Below, one piece after another: positions 41,587 to 52,321 of a stretch of 64,000 bases of DNA. The stretch is from Desulfovibrionales bacterium (GTDB lineage Bacteria > Desulfobacterota > QYQD01). The notes under the pieces were generated by a model that worked only from the letters and a program-made list of their open reading frames with translations, was not told the origin of the DNA and searched no databases. The position numbers and the translations under genes are program-made. Each line of letters opens with the position of its first letter. Within the stretch, counting starts at the first letter, position 1. Location of the stretch: the NCBI GenBank assembly GCA_028715605.1, contig JAQURM010000011.1, positions 2,840 through 66,839 of the forward strand. Direction: 5' to 3'.

Positions 41587-42848
41587 ATGAAGCACTCGTC
41601 ATGCTGCTGGCCGGCGGCGTAGGGAGCCGCCTCAATATTATGGTGGAGGCCCGTGCCAAGCCTGCGGTGCCATTCGGCGGGATTTACCGCATCATAGACT
41701 TTACACTCAGCAATGTGATGAATTCCGGCATTAACAACGTGGCCGTTCTTACCCAGTATAAGCCCCTGTCCCTTATGGAGCACATCGGCACCGGCGCTCC
41801 GTGGGACTTTATCGGCCGCGGCCGCGGGGCCAAGATACTCCCGCCGCGCACCGGACAGAAGGATTCCGACTGGTACAAAGGCACAGCCGATGCCATGCGT
41901 CAGAATATAGATTATATCAATTCTCATCCCTCGCGGGAGGTACTGGTCCTCTCCGGCGACCATATCTACTACATGGATTATCGTCCTGTGATCCAGTTTC
42001 ACCGCAGGAAAAGGGCGGATATGACCATCGCCATGATGACCGTCCCCATGGACCAGATAAGACACTTTGGCACGGCCATCACGAACCGGAAGGGACGCAT
42101 AATGGAATGGGAAGAAAAGCCGGAAACGCCCAGAACCAACCTGGCCTCTATGGGCATCTATGTCTTCAAGACCTCATATCTTCTCTCTGTATTGCAAAAA
42201 ACCGGGGAACATGACTTTGGTAAACATATTATACCCATGGCCATCAACAAAGACGCGGTCTATGCCTATCCTTTTCAGGGATACTGGCGCGACGTGGGCA
42301 CTCTCGACGCCTACTGGAGGGCGAATATGGATCTCCTCGATCCATCAAGCGGGCTTACCCCCGAGGCCTGGGGAGTCAGACCAAACCTGGAAGAAGCCGG
42401 TTTAATGTCTGACTGGCCGCCGGCCATGATCCTGCCCGGGGCAAAGGTCTCCAATTCGGTTATATCTGCCGGCTGCGTCATAGAAGGGACGGTCGAACAC
42501 TCTGTCCTGTCACCGGGCGTTTATGTGGCAAGGGGGGCTAGAGTAAAAGACTCGGTGATCATGCACGAATGTCAGATTATGGCCGGCAGCCGTATAGCAA
42601 CGGCTATCCTGGATAAGAAAGTAAATACGGGGAAAAATGTTATCGTCGGGTCTGGCCCCAGAGACACACCTAATCAGGAGTTCCCCGAACAACTGTTTAC
42701 CGGGCTGGCCATTATCGGCAAAAAAACTGCATTACCCGCAGGTGTATGCATAGGACCGAATAGTATTGTCTATCCGGGGTGCGGCGAGGCTGATTTCGGC
42801 CGGAAAGAGGTCTTGCCCGGTTCAGTGATCCGGCCGCTTACGCCATAG
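41583..42848 (+). CDS. glgC: Glucose-1-phosphate adenylyltransferase, paralogue 3
   Basis: LLAGGVGSRLNIMVEARAKPAVPFGGIYRIIDFTLSNVMNSGI and WYKGTADAM are present. There is a 4-nt overlap with the upstream paralogue. Confidence 0.88.
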   Translation: MNEALVMLLAGGVGSRLNIMVEARAKPAVPFGGIYRIIDFTLSNVMNSGINNVAVLTQYKPLSLMEHIGTGAPWDFIGRGRGAKILPPRTGQKDSDWYKGTADAMRQNIDYINSHPSREVLVLSGDHIYYMDYRPVIQFHRRKRADMTIAMMTVPMDQIRHFGTAITNRKGRIMEWEEKPETPRTNLASMGIYVFKTSYLLSVLQKTGEHDFGKHIIPMAINKDAVYAYPFQGYWRDVGTLDAYWRANMDLLDPSSGLTPEAWGVRPNLEEAGLMSDWPPAMILPGAKVSNSVISAGCVIEGTVEHSVLSPGVYVARGARVKDSVIMHECQIMAGSRIATAILDKKVNTGKNVIVGSGPRDTPNQEFPEQLFTGLAIIGKKTALPAGVCIGPNSIVYPGCGEADFGRKEVLPGSVIRPLTP

Positions 42849-43328
42849 GACTCCGTCGTTTTCCCCCTGGTATTTTTCGACCATACCTGCCGTCTCCATC
42901 TCGCCCAGGAGGTACGTCAATCTTTCTCCGGCGCAGCTTATCTTTTCCCGCAGCTTGTCCTGATCGAGGAAATTCTCTGCATCAAGGTGGGACAGGACTG
43001 ATGCCGCGAGTTCCTTACATTCCTGCGCGAGGGCGTAAAGATCGGTAAGGGTTTTTATTTGGTTAGCGACGAAACGGTCGGTCAGACGCCCACCGTAAGC
43101 GCCCTGCCTTCCCAAGTCGCGCAGCCGTATCCACGCATCCCGGGACTGGAGCGCACTTTTCCCGGCCTGATCATAGACGGCCTGGCGCAGATAGCTCATG
43201 GCCTCTATATGATGGTTGGTCGCCTCCTTCTCCAGTGCGGATAATTCCGCCGATGGGACCTTTGCCGCCGTGTTGCGGCCGGAAGCAGGCCTAACCATCT
43301 TTAGCAAAAAACTAAACATTCCCCACAT
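42822..43328 (-). CDS. Hypothetical protein (168 aa)
   Basis: It is an open frame convergent with glgC, with no motif I recognise. Confidence 0.4.
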   Translation of the reverse strand: MWGMFSFLLKMVRPASGRNTAAKVPSAELSALEKEATNHHIEAMSYLRQAVYDQAGKSALQSRDAWIRLRDLGRQGAYGGRLTDRFVANQIKTLTDLYALAQECKELAASVLSHLDAENFLDQDKLREKISCAGERLTYLLGEMETAGMVEKYQGENDGVLWRKRPDH

Positions 43329-43434
43329 AATATTTTATAGATAACCTTAAATTGTGCCGGCGGTCAATATCTTATCGGAGCCACAAGCTGTCAGCGATTA
43401 ATGCCCGGCGTCCAACGTTTGATGTTCGAGGAAT

Positions 43435-43487
43435 GTAGGGTGGGCTTTGCCCACCAAGGGAATGATGGTGGGTAAAACCCACCCTAC
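43435..43487. repeat. Composite hairpin GTAGGGTGGG..CCCACCCTAC containing two GGTGGG-N-CCCACC sub-hairpins
   Basis: The sequence is gtagggtgggctttgcccaccaagggaatgatggtgggtaaaacccaccctac. Confidence 0.7.
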
Positions 43488-43599
43488 TGCTGCTCCAGCA
43501 AGTTACGCTCAGAGACATAGGGTGTTCACTAAGAAGCGGGGAAAGTCCTATTACGATTTCTCTTGTAAATCCCGGTCGGGGTTGCTATATGTATAAATC

Positions 43600-45420
43600 T
43601 TGCAGAATCAAGCAGTTGAGTCCATCGGTAACGTGTCATCCGTGGAAAGAGAATTAAAACAGGCCCTTTTTGAGAGAAATATACTCGGCCAGATCAGTCG
43701 CGATCTTTACTCGGCCAGCACCCAGGACGAGGTGCTCGATGCAGCCTACCGGAGCGTGGAAAAACTTGGACGGGAAATAAGCAATATATGCATGTTTACC
43801 GAAGACGGCCGCTATATACAACTGGTTCGCGTGGGCATCGAATCCGGATTGGCTAAGAATATAGAAAGAATCGCATGGCGTGTCATACCGGGCACTTCCC
43901 TCCTCGGCTATAAGATACCCCTCTATGAAGAAAGCATCTACAAAAAGATGCGGGATACAGGGAAACCCATTGTTACCGGGAACATCGTTATGCAAGATAA
44001 AGATAGTGTTATCAGAACCACTGTAGAACGAATAGCCATGGATTATACCTCTCCTGGCAGTCCCCTGCGTCTCCTTATCAAGACACTCGTCGTTCCCATG
44101 CTCCCCTATAAGTCGGTAATAGATATGCCCATTGTGGCGGAAAATAAGGTGACAGGGGCCATAGCCCTGACCAGTGACACAGACCTCACGGAAAATGATC
44201 TGGAGCTGCTGAGGACTCTGGCCCTGATGGCCGGAAGCGCCCTGGAGCGGGTCCGTCTTCTGGAAAAATGGAAAGATCACCTGGTGCAACTGGAAAAATC
44301 AGAGGCCAAATATCGAAGCCTGTTTGAAGCGGCCAAGGATATGATCTTCATCGCCGATCTAAGCGGTAAGCTTATTGATGTCAATCCCTCGGCCTGCCAC
44401 TGCCTTGGTTTTAGTCCCAAAAGACTCCGGAATCAGTTTATGCAAAATATCTATGCGGACGAGGCGGACTGGACAAACATGATGCGGGCAATCGAGGCCA
44501 GAGGTTCTCAGACGATAGAGATAAATTTCAGAAGAAAAGACGGTACTACCCTGCCGGTAGAAGTAAACGGAACCGTCTCCTCTCAGGCAGGCAGTAAAGT
44601 GGTACAGATCATAGCCAGAGACCTTACCGAAAAAAAGGAGGCGGAATACGAACTCAGGAAGACGAATGCCCAACTGATCCAGTCGGCCAAACTGGCTTCT
44701 ATCGGAGAACTGGCCGCCGGTGTAGCCCACGAACTCAATCAGCCTTTAACAGTTATTAAGGGCTTTGCCCAATCCTTACTGCGGAAAACCAACCAAGAAA
44801 TTCTAAATAAAGAATTATTGCAGGAAGTACTCCCGGTCGTCGAGAAAAATGCCATGCGCATGGGAGAGATTATAGACCATCTACGCACCTTCTCACGTCT
44901 GCCCCATACGAAGATGGAAGCGGTAAACATTAACCAGGTAATAGAAAACGCCCTGCTCCTTATGGGGAGGCAGCTCGAGCTGTATGGCATAATGGTAATT
45001 AAGGACTATAGTTCGCAAGGCCTCTTCTGTCATGGCCATCCCGGGCAACTGGAACAGGTGGTATTAAACCTTCTGAGCAATGCCAAAGACGCCCTGATGG
45101 AACGGGAAACGTCTCTGGAAAGGCCGGGGAGAGCAAAAGACTACAAAAAAATATTAACTATAAAGGCTGAAACAGGCGATAACGACCATATAATCCTTAG
45201 CGTAAGAGATAACGGCATAGGCATCGCCCCGGAAAACCTGGATAAGGTTTTTGACCCATTTTTTACTACCAAGGAGGCAGGCAAAGGCACGGGCCTGGGC
45301 CTCTCCGTAAGCTACAACATAGTCGAGGAACACAAAGGTGATATCGAAATAATTTCCGGCCAGGGGGAAGGCACGGAAGTAAAGGTAATATTGCCCGCTT
45401 GTTATTACGACGGCATTTAA
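43600..45420 (+). CDS. Sensor histidine kinase (GAF-like, PAS, HisKA, HATPase_c), cytoplasmic
   Basis: The H-box is [15 protein letters not shown], the N-box is LLSNAKDA and the G-boxes are DNGIGI and GKGTGLGLS. The PAS region is [23 protein letters not shown]. The start is TTG. Confidence 0.88.
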   Translation: MQNQAVESIGNVSSVERELKQALFERNILGQISRDLYSASTQDEVLDAAYRSVEKLGREISNICMFTEDGRYIQLVRVGIESGLAKNIERIAWRVIPGTSLLGYKIPLYEESIYKKMRDTGKPIVTGNIVMQDKDSVIRTTVERIAMDYTSPGSPLRLLIKTLVVPMLPYKSVIDMPIVAENKVTGAIALTSDTDLTENDLELLRTLALMAGSALERVRLLEKWKDHLVQLEKSEAKYRSLFEAAKDMIFIADLSGKLIDVNPSACHCLGFSPKRLRNQFMQNIYADEADWTNMMRAIEARGSQTIEINFRRKDGTTLPVEVNGTVSSQAGSKVVQIIARDLTEKKEAEYELRKTNAQLIQSAKLASIGELAAGVAHELNQPLTVIKGFAQSLLRKTNQEILNKELLQEVLPVVEKNAMRMGEIIDHLRTFSRLPHTKMEAVNINQVIENALLLMGRQLELYGIMVIKDYSSQGLFCHGHPGQLEQVVLNLLSNAKDALMERETSLERPGRAKDYKKILTIKAETGDNDHIILSVRDNGIGIAPENLDKVFDPFFTTKEAGKGTGLGLSVSYNIVEEHKGDIEIISGQGEGTEVKVILPACYYDGI

Positions 45421-45435
45421 ATACATGAATTCGCC

Positions 45436-45479
45436 AAATCCCCCCATCCCCCCTTTTCTAAAGGGGGGATGGGGGAGGG
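45436..45479. repeat. REP-like hairpin, family A
   Basis: The sequence is aaatccccccatccccccttttctaaaggggggatgggggaggg. Confidence 0.8.
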
Positions 45480-45530
45480 AATATAGGGGTTTCCGGATGA
45501 GCACTAATTAGAAAGGATTAAAAACAGGTC

Positions 45531-47177
45531 ATGAACGGAAAAATCTTGGTAGTTGATGATGAAGCCGATATCCGGCTGCTTCTGCGCATGGAACTCGAGG
45601 AAAGGGGATTCACTGTCCCGGAGGCTGGAAATGGTCCGGAGGGGATAGAGAGGTTCAAAGCCGAACATCCCGATCTGGTAATCGCCGATCTCAGGATGTC
45701 CGGGATGGACGGCCTGGCCATGATCCGGGAGATGAGAAAATTGGACGACATGGCCCAGTTTATAATACTGACCGGGTATGCCTCTATTGAGTCCGTTTTA
45801 CAATGTATTCATCAGAACTTGGTTTATGATTACCTGGTAAAGCCTTTGTCAAACATGGAGGATTTTATCTATACGGTACAACGGGCCATAGAGAAGAGAC
45901 GGCTCATCATAGAAAAAAATAATTATTTAGAGGCCCTGAAACAGACGAATAAAAAGCTGGAAAAAGCCGGGGCAGAGCTTGAAGAAAAAGCGGCTGCTAC
46001 GGAAAATGCCTACCGGCAGTTGAAAGAAACACAAGAGATGCTCATTCGTTCCGAGAAACTTTCGGCCATAGGGGAACTGGTATCTGCGGTTGCCCACGAG
46101 ATTAACAACCCCCTTACCTCTATCCTGGGGTATGCCCAGCTTCTGTCTCAAGTGTCTGATACAGATAGGATTAGAAACGGCCTGCGCACAATCGAGAAAG
46201 AGGCCTTGCGCACGGCCAAGATAGTTAAGAATATGCTTGCCTTCTCTGATACAGGGAAAATTCGGCAGGAAGCCGTCAATATAAATACATTAATAGAACA
46301 AACACTGGATTTTCTATCCTATGACCTGCACAATCACAATATCCGGGTAATGAAAGATTTCGACAAAACCCTCCCCGTTATAAAAGGTGATGGACATCAG
46401 ATACAACAGGTATTTGCCAATATTATCATTAACGCCAAGCAGGCTATAACCCAGGCCTTCCGTATGGGGACACTGGAGGTGAGGACTCGTTACGAACCAG
46501 AACGCGCAGTGGTCATAGCGGAAATTGCAGATGACGGCCCGGGGATACCGGATGACATCCGAAAACGCATATTCGAACCTTTTTTTACGACGAAAAGACC
46601 GGGACGCGGAACGGGATTGGGACTCAGCGTCTCGTACCGTATAATTAAGGAACATGATGGCGACATATTTGCAGATTGGCGCGAACCGCATGGCACCATA
46701 TTTACCATAAGGTTCCCGCGCCCGGTTGGAAAGGAAATCGCCTCCGGGCCGGCTAAAACAGTCCCCAAAAGACAGGGAGAATATCGGGTGCTGGTTGTGG
46801 ATGACGAACCCATAATCCTTAAACTCACATGCGATATACTGACAGGGGAAGGATACGATGTGGAAACGGTTACAGCCGGTAAGATGGCCCTGGAAAAGCT
46901 GGAAACGAGGCGATATGACCTGATGCTGACGGATATAATAATGCCGGACATTGACGGTAAGGAACTTTTTAACACCGTCAGGGATATGGGATTGCTGCCG
47001 CCGGGAGGGGTGATATTTATGACCGGCGATACCATGAATTATGAGACAAGTAGATTTCTTGAGTCCAGCGGCGTAACTTACATAACCAAGCCCTTTACCG
47101 TTGAAGATATCAAAAATATCGTCTCAGCCAGAATAGCTTCTCTGGCCGCCCGGCCCAGGCCGACCGTAGGCCGGTAA
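45531..47177 (+). CDS. Hybrid histidine kinase / response regulator (REC, coiled coil, HisKA, HATPase_c, REC)
   Basis: The first REC is ILVVDDE..DLVIADLRMSGMDG. The H-box is LVSAVAHEINNPLT and the G-boxes are DDGPGIP and GRGTGLGLS. The second REC is VLVVDDEP..DLMLTDIIMPDIDG. Confidence 0.9.
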   Translation: MNGKILVVDDEADIRLLLRMELEERGFTVPEAGNGPEGIERFKAEHPDLVIADLRMSGMDGLAMIREMRKLDDMAQFIILTGYASIESVLQCIHQNLVYDYLVKPLSNMEDFIYTVQRAIEKRRLIIEKNNYLEALKQTNKKLEKAGAELEEKAAATENAYRQLKETQEMLIRSEKLSAIGELVSAVAHEINNPLTSILGYAQLLSQVSDTDRIRNGLRTIEKEALRTAKIVKNMLAFSDTGKIRQEAVNINTLIEQTLDFLSYDLHNHNIRVMKDFDKTLPVIKGDGHQIQQVFANIIINAKQAITQAFRMGTLEVRTRYEPERAVVIAEIADDGPGIPDDIRKRIFEPFFTTKRPGRGTGLGLSVSYRIIKEHDGDIFADWREPHGTIFTIRFPRPVGKEIASGPAKTVPKRQGEYRVLVVDDEPIILKLTCDILTGEGYDVETVTAGKMALEKLETRRYDLMLTDIIMPDIDGKELFNTVRDMGLLPPGGVIFMTGDTMNYETSRFLESSGVTYITKPFTVEDIKNIVSARIASLAARPRPTVGR

Positions 47178-47182
47178 TTTTA

Positions 47183-49276
47183 TCAGGCCAATGTCCTCAG
47201 GAAATTAAAGGTATTCACCCTATCCCCCGGTTTTTTACCCGGCTTACCGCCTAAAATCTCAGAGAGCACATTTTTAGCAGGGCGCTCCCAGGTGAAATCA
47301 GCCGTCACAAAAGAAATCCCTATCTTCTTCAAATCCTGCATACAGGCCAGGAGAGAATACGGGTGCGAGGAGTGTACCAGGGTCAATTCCCGATAGCAGT
47401 TAATGAAAAAACTCTCTTTCTTAGGGCTTCGTATGGTGGTACCCGGTTTTAGGCCGGGGGGAAGCAGCCGGGAAGTAAAAAGGGGCGGATGGCCATAGAC
47501 GGCCAGCCCCACCGGGCACCCGCCGGCATGGGCCAATGCCTCTTTAAGGTTTTCCCGGTCTGTTTCTATGGAAAACTCCACCTCCGTGATCCCGAGATCG
47601 CAAAAGGCCCTGACGGACAGGGAATTAAGCGCGTTGGCCGTATAACCGGCGGAAAGGTGTATGTCTCTGCCTTTATGTAAGAAAAATTGCCGCTGGCTTA
47701 TATGGCCCAGGTGCCAATACGTAAACCCGGCCCGGCGCAATCCATCTATCGCTTTCTCATAAAACCGGCATTGTTTTTCCTCTATGACAGGCGGCAGCAT
47801 CCAGGAAAATCGATGCCGCATCTGCAAAATCTGTTTGTGGTAACGCCTGTATTGGGCGAATGTCTTCTCGTCCAGGAGGACCAGGAGGCGATGGATGCCA
47901 CGGTCTGGCACATCAGACAGGTGATTCAGATCGCCCAATTTCACCCACCACTTAAGGTCTTTCCTCTGCATGGCCCCGGGACCCTTCTCCGGGAATAATT
48001 TTGAAACAACCGGGTCCATGCTTAACCCTTTTTTTGTTGCCGGGCTGATAACGCAGCCTCTGGTAGCGGCAAAAATGAGATTTCTTATCCGGCCTGCGCC
48101 GCGCACAAGCGCGGCGTCCTTCGCATCTACCTTAAAAAGCAGATCTCCCTTGCGGCAAGGGACGGGCATCTTAAGCGTGATCTCCTGACCTTGTGCTGCA
48201 TTTATCAGTTCTTTCCCCCCGGCAATCATTTTTCCCAGAGTAAATGAGTGTCTCCCGTCATGGGCAGGCCTTACCAGGCGTAGCCGGTCCCCAACGCCGA
48301 CATTAGCAGCGAGCTTCACCAGGGCCTCTTCTCCGCGTGCGGTTATGATCTTCCCCAGAAAAAGGCCGGCCGTGCCTGAAAAATGCGGGGTGACGATATC
48401 CATAAGGCGCGGATACAGAAAGTACCCGGAAGTCGGCTTTCGGCCCAGACACTGCCTTATTAAATCTTCAGCCCGGCCCAGGGCCTCTTCGTCGCCTTCC
48501 GGCGCATCCAGTACCATACGGTAGGCTTCTACTATAGAGCTTACGTAGTAGGCGCTGCGCATCCTCCCCTCGAGCTTGATGGAGATGACACCAGCCTTTT
48601 TTAGTTCAGGCAGCAACCTGATAGCCGAGAGATCATTCATGGAAAAAAACGAGCCGTGTTTTTTGCCGCTTTCGTACAACCGGCGGCAGGGCTGGACGCA
48701 CCGGCCGCGCATACCGGACTTTCCGCCCAGATAACTGCTCATCAAACAAAGCCCGGAAAAGCTGTAACAAAGGGCTCCCTGGACAAAAACCTCCAGCTCA
48801 ATCGGAGAATGCCGGTGTATGGCGCTTATCTCATCTATGGATAACTCGCGGGCCAGGACCACCCGCTGAAATCCAAGCCCGCGCAGATGCTCGGCTCCCG
48901 GGTGGTTGTGAATGGTCATAAGGGTGCTGGCATGGAGACGAAAGGCCGGAAAGTATCTTTTGATCAAATAATACAGCCCCATATCCTGGATGATCAGGGC
49001 ATCGGGAGAAAGCTCCTTTAATATCCTGAGACCCTCTACTATCTCCGGCAGGTCTCTTTCCTTGAGCAGGATGTTCAGGGCTATATAGACCTTTACGCCG
49101 TGCTTATGGGCGAAAGGGATCGTCCGGCTGATGTCCTCTAGGGAAAAGTTCTCGGCCTGGACGCGGGCGTTAAAGTCACCCCAACCGATGTAAACGGCAT
49201 CGGCCTTTTTCTCCACAGCCGCCCAGAATGCCTCCAGATTCCCGGCCGGGGCTAAGAGTTCGGTTTGTTTTTGCAT
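47183..49276 (-). CDS. Peptidase-U32-family protein, long form (RlhA/YdcP-like putative Fe-S hydroxylase)
   Basis: 697 aa. The N-terminal part ELLAPAGNLE..ADAVYIG is characteristic of U32. The Cys cluster is CYSFSGLCLMS..GRCVQPCRR. Confidence 0.8.
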   Translation of the reverse strand: MQKQTELLAPAGNLEAFWAAVEKKADAVYIGWGDFNARVQAENFSLEDISRTIPFAHKHGVKVYIALNILLKERDLPEIVEGLRILKELSPDALIIQDMGLYYLIKRYFPAFRLHASTLMTIHNHPGAEHLRGLGFQRVVLARELSIDEISAIHRHSPIELEVFVQGALCYSFSGLCLMSSYLGGKSGMRGRCVQPCRRLYESGKKHGSFFSMNDLSAIRLLPELKKAGVISIKLEGRMRSAYYVSSIVEAYRMVLDAPEGDEEALGRAEDLIRQCLGRKPTSGYFLYPRLMDIVTPHFSGTAGLFLGKIITARGEEALVKLAANVGVGDRLRLVRPAHDGRHSFTLGKMIAGGKELINAAQGQEITLKMPVPCRKGDLLFKVDAKDAALVRGAGRIRNLIFAATRGCVISPATKKGLSMDPVVSKLFPEKGPGAMQRKDLKWWVKLGDLNHLSDVPDRGIHRLLVLLDEKTFAQYRRYHKQILQMRHRFSWMLPPVIEEKQCRFYEKAIDGLRRAGFTYWHLGHISQRQFFLHKGRDIHLSAGYTANALNSLSVRAFCDLGITEVEFSIETDRENLKEALAHAGGCPVGLAVYGHPPLFTSRLLPPGLKPGTTIRSPKKESFFINCYRELTLVHSSHPYSLLACMQDLKKIGISFVTADFTWERPAKNVLSEILGGKPGKKPGDRVNTFNFLRTLA

Positions 49277-49408
49277 AATTCCTAAAATCGGCTATAATGC
49301 CAACCTATCCCGTGGCCATGGCGTGATAAGGATTATTGTATCCACAGCGGATATATGCTAATCGCTAAAGACCGGGAAGTCAAAGGATAGTGTGAGCAAG
49401 ACATTATT

Positions 49409-50347
49409 ATGTCCGTCGATAGCCATCTCTTAAACATAATTAAAGTAATCAGCAACGTTACCGACGCCTTTACTACCGCCTTGTTTTTGGCCGACCCCAA
49501 AGATGAGAGCCTGACCCTGCAATCATACTACAGTTTGAGCAAAAATGTCATCCCCCAGGTACAATTCGGCTACGGAGACGGCATGGTGGGCTGGGTGGCT
49601 AAAAACAACAAACCTATCATCGCCAACCAATTTGACAGAGACACCACTACATTGCAGTTCTACTCGGCAGACGAGGATATCAAATCCTTCATGGCTGTTC
49701 CCCTTCCCCGCGGAAAGGGTGTTCTTTCCGTGGACAGTAAACATAAATACATATTTACTGAAAAAAGCCAGAAGCTGCTCTTGGGATTCGCCGATCTTAT
49801 CGTACATGAAACAGAAGTCTCCGCCTTACAGGCCAAAGAACGCCTCTATGACCGGATACTCAATCTCCACTACCAGGCCGATCGCATAGGACAGCAAACC
49901 GGAGATTTTAATGATTATCTCATCAACATCCTGACCTTATGCCTTTCTTTTACCCGGGCCGAGATGGGATTTATGGCCTTTCTTTCATCCCCTGAACCAG
50001 ACGCTAAATACAGCCTTCCGGCCCTGATCGGTACGATAAAATCCAACCTCCAGAGACAGCAGTTTTCAGTAGAAAAGGGCCTGGTGGGCTGGATCTTTAG
50101 AAAGAGAAAGCCGCTGGTTCTGGAGAAGATAGGGCAAGAACCGAGGAAATCCTACCTTTTTACAGCAGAAGAACCTTTCAAGGGCTTCAGCGCCTTTTTA
50201 GGTATCCCTTGCCTATTTCAGGATTTCATCCCCGGGGTAATGGGTTTCACCAGTTACAGCAGTTGTACGTGGGAGACAGAGGAGATCGATGCCCTCTTGA
50301 GTATTGGGCAAAGGATTATCTTGACGAAAATGTCCATGCAAGGATAA
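49409..50347 (+). CDS. Tandem GAF-domain protein
   Basis: 312 aa. Two GAF-like modules are present (..GDGMVGWVAKNNKPII.. and ..EKGLVGWIFRKRKPLVL..). Confidence 0.7.
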   Translation: MSVDSHLLNIIKVISNVTDAFTTALFLADPKDESLTLQSYYSLSKNVIPQVQFGYGDGMVGWVAKNNKPIIANQFDRDTTTLQFYSADEDIKSFMAVPLPRGKGVLSVDSKHKYIFTEKSQKLLLGFADLIVHETEVSALQAKERLYDRILNLHYQADRIGQQTGDFNDYLINILTLCLSFTRAEMGFMAFLSSPEPDAKYSLPALIGTIKSNLQRQQFSVEKGLVGWIFRKRKPLVLEKIGQEPRKSYLFTAEEPFKGFSAFLGIPCLFQDFIPGVMGFTSYSSCTWETEEIDALLSIGQRIILTKMSMQG

Positions 50348-50355
50348 TCTGCCTT

Positions 50356-50485
50356 ATGAAGCCGGTCCACCGTTCACTGTTGACCGTTCACCGAAAGAAA
50401 ATGTCGGACAACGGATAACAGATAACAAACATGCTGACGGCTGAAAGCTGATCGCTGAAAGCTTGAATCCGGCCCAGGGCCGGAT
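50356..50485. repeat. Second copy of the family-E element plus a 9-bp-stem hairpin
   Basis: See 40177-40313. The hairpin is atccggccc-a-gggccggat (50467-50485). Confidence 0.85.
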
Positions 50486-50514
50486 GAACACTAATTAGGG
50501 AGGACACACCATAT

Positions 50515-51537
50515 ATGCTATTTGATCGCTTGTTCGGCTTTCTGTCTAAAGATGCCGCTATGGACCTGGGCACAGCCAATACCCTGATTTATATGCCGGG
50601 GGAAGGCATTGTTTTAAACGAACCTTCCGTTGTGGCTATAAATAAAGACACGGACCAGGTCATAGCCGTCGGCCGGGAGGCCAAGGAATACCTGGGGCGT
50701 ACACCGCAAAAGATCCGAGCCGTCAGGCCGATGAAAGACGGGGTCATTGCCGACTTTGAGGTCACCCAGCAGATGATCAAGTATTTCCTCCGCAAGGTAA
50801 ATATAAGCCGCTTTATTCGGCCCAAGATGGTTATCTGCGTCCCCACCGGCATCACCCAGGTAGAAAAGCGGGCGGTCGTCGAGGCGGCGGAGGAATCTGG
50901 AGTCCGGAAGGTGTTTTTGATAGAAGAACCTATGGCCGCCGCCATAGGCGCCGGATTGGAAATTGAGAAGCCCAGCGGCCAAATGGTAATAGACATCGGC
51001 GGGGGGACGACAGAAGTAGCCGTAATATCTGTTTCCGCCATAGCCTGCAGCGAGTCCCACCGGGTAGCCGGAGATGAGATCAATGAGTCTATCGTCCGTT
51101 ATATGCAAAAAAAATATCAGATACTCATTGGTGAAAATACATCCGAACATATCAAAATAAACATAGGTTCTGCCTATCCCCTGGATGAACCTCAGAGCAT
51201 GTTTGTATCCGGCAAGGAAATCCTTACCGGATTTCCCAAAGCCATACCCGTCACCGATGCCGAGATCCGCGAGGCCATAGCCGAGCCGGTAAATGGCATT
51301 ATCGGGGCTATCAGGCGCACCCTGGACAATACACCGCCGGAACTGGTGGCCGACATCCACCAGTCCGGGCTTCACATGGCCGGCGGGGGCTCCCTCCTTA
51401 AGGGATTGGATCGCCGCATCACCGAGGAAACACGCCTCAAGACCATAATGACCGAAGACCCCTTAACCACAGTAGTTATGGGCTCCGGCAGGGCCTTGGA
51501 AGAAATCAAGGATTATGCCAGGGTCTTTATTAACTGA
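50515..51537 (+). CDS. mreB: Rod-shape-determining protein MreB
   Basis: DLGTANTLIY, EPMAAAIGAG and DIGGGTTEVAV are actin-fold motifs. Confidence 0.95.
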   Translation: MLFDRLFGFLSKDAAMDLGTANTLIYMPGEGIVLNEPSVVAINKDTDQVIAVGREAKEYLGRTPQKIRAVRPMKDGVIADFEVTQQMIKYFLRKVNISRFIRPKMVICVPTGITQVEKRAVVEAAEESGVRKVFLIEEPMAAAIGAGLEIEKPSGQMVIDIGGGTTEVAVISVSAIACSESHRVAGDEINESIVRYMQKKYQILIGENTSEHIKINIGSAYPLDEPQSMFVSGKEILTGFPKAIPVTDAEIREAIAEPVNGIIGAIRRTLDNTPPELVADIHQSGLHMAGGGSLLKGLDRRITEETRLKTIMTEDPLTTVVMGSGRALEEIKDYARVFIN

Positions 51538-52321
51538 TACAGACAGCTTTATAGAAACGGCCATAACCGCAGCCCGGGAAAGTGGCCGGTTACTGAAGGA
51601 AATCTTCGGCCGGAAGCGAGAGGTCTATTTTAAAGGGGAGATCGATCTGGTCACTGACGCCGACCTCCGGGCCGAAGATCTCATTGTAAAGACTATTCAC
51701 GCCAGATACCCGGAGCACACTATTGTCAGTGAAGAAAAGCAGTCCCGGGCGGGCCTGTCACCTTACAAATGGATCATTGATCCCTTGGATGGGACCACTA
51801 ACTATGCCCATGGGTTCCCATGGTTCTGCGTCTCTATCGCCCTTGCTGTCCATGACGAACCGGTTCTTGGGGTGGTCTATCACCCATTTCTGGACCAGCT
51901 TTTCCGGGCCGGGAAGGGCGCGGGGGCTTATTTGAATGAAGAGCCTATTTGCGTATCCACCACCGGCAAGCTCAGGGACAGCCTCCTGGCTACCGGATTT
52001 CCTTATAACATACACACTGAACCGGAACCGGCGGTTTTCTACTTCAAGAAATTTCTTACACGCTCCAGGGGCATAAGACGAGCCGGGGCCGCCGCGCTGG
52101 ATCTGTGTTATGTGGCCTGCGGCTGTTTTGATGGTTTCTGGGAGACCAATCTGAAACCATGGGATACAGCGGCCGGGGCGCTGCTGGTTCGGGAGGCCGG
52201 CGGATTGGTAACGGACTTCCAATCCCGGCCCTTTGCCCCGGCCATGCCTGAGATATTGGCCAGCAACGGCCACATACACGGGCAAATGGCCGCTGTCTTT
52301 CAGGAAGAAAGGGCGGGCTGA
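51515..52321 (+). CDS. suhB: Inositol monophosphatase family protein (SuhB-like)
   Basis: VSEE, WIIDPLDGTTNY and WDTAAG motifs are present. Confidence 0.9.
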   Translation: MPGSLLTDTDSFIETAITAARESGRLLKEIFGRKREVYFKGEIDLVTDADLRAEDLIVKTIHARYPEHTIVSEEKQSRAGLSPYKWIIDPLDGTTNYAHGFPWFCVSIALAVHDEPVLGVVYHPFLDQLFRAGKGAGAYLNEEPICVSTTGKLRDSLLATGFPYNIHTEPEPAVFYFKKFLTRSRGIRRAGAAALDLCYVACGCFDGFWETNLKPWDTAAGALLVREAGGLVTDFQSRPFAPAMPEILASNGHIHGQMAAVFQEERAG

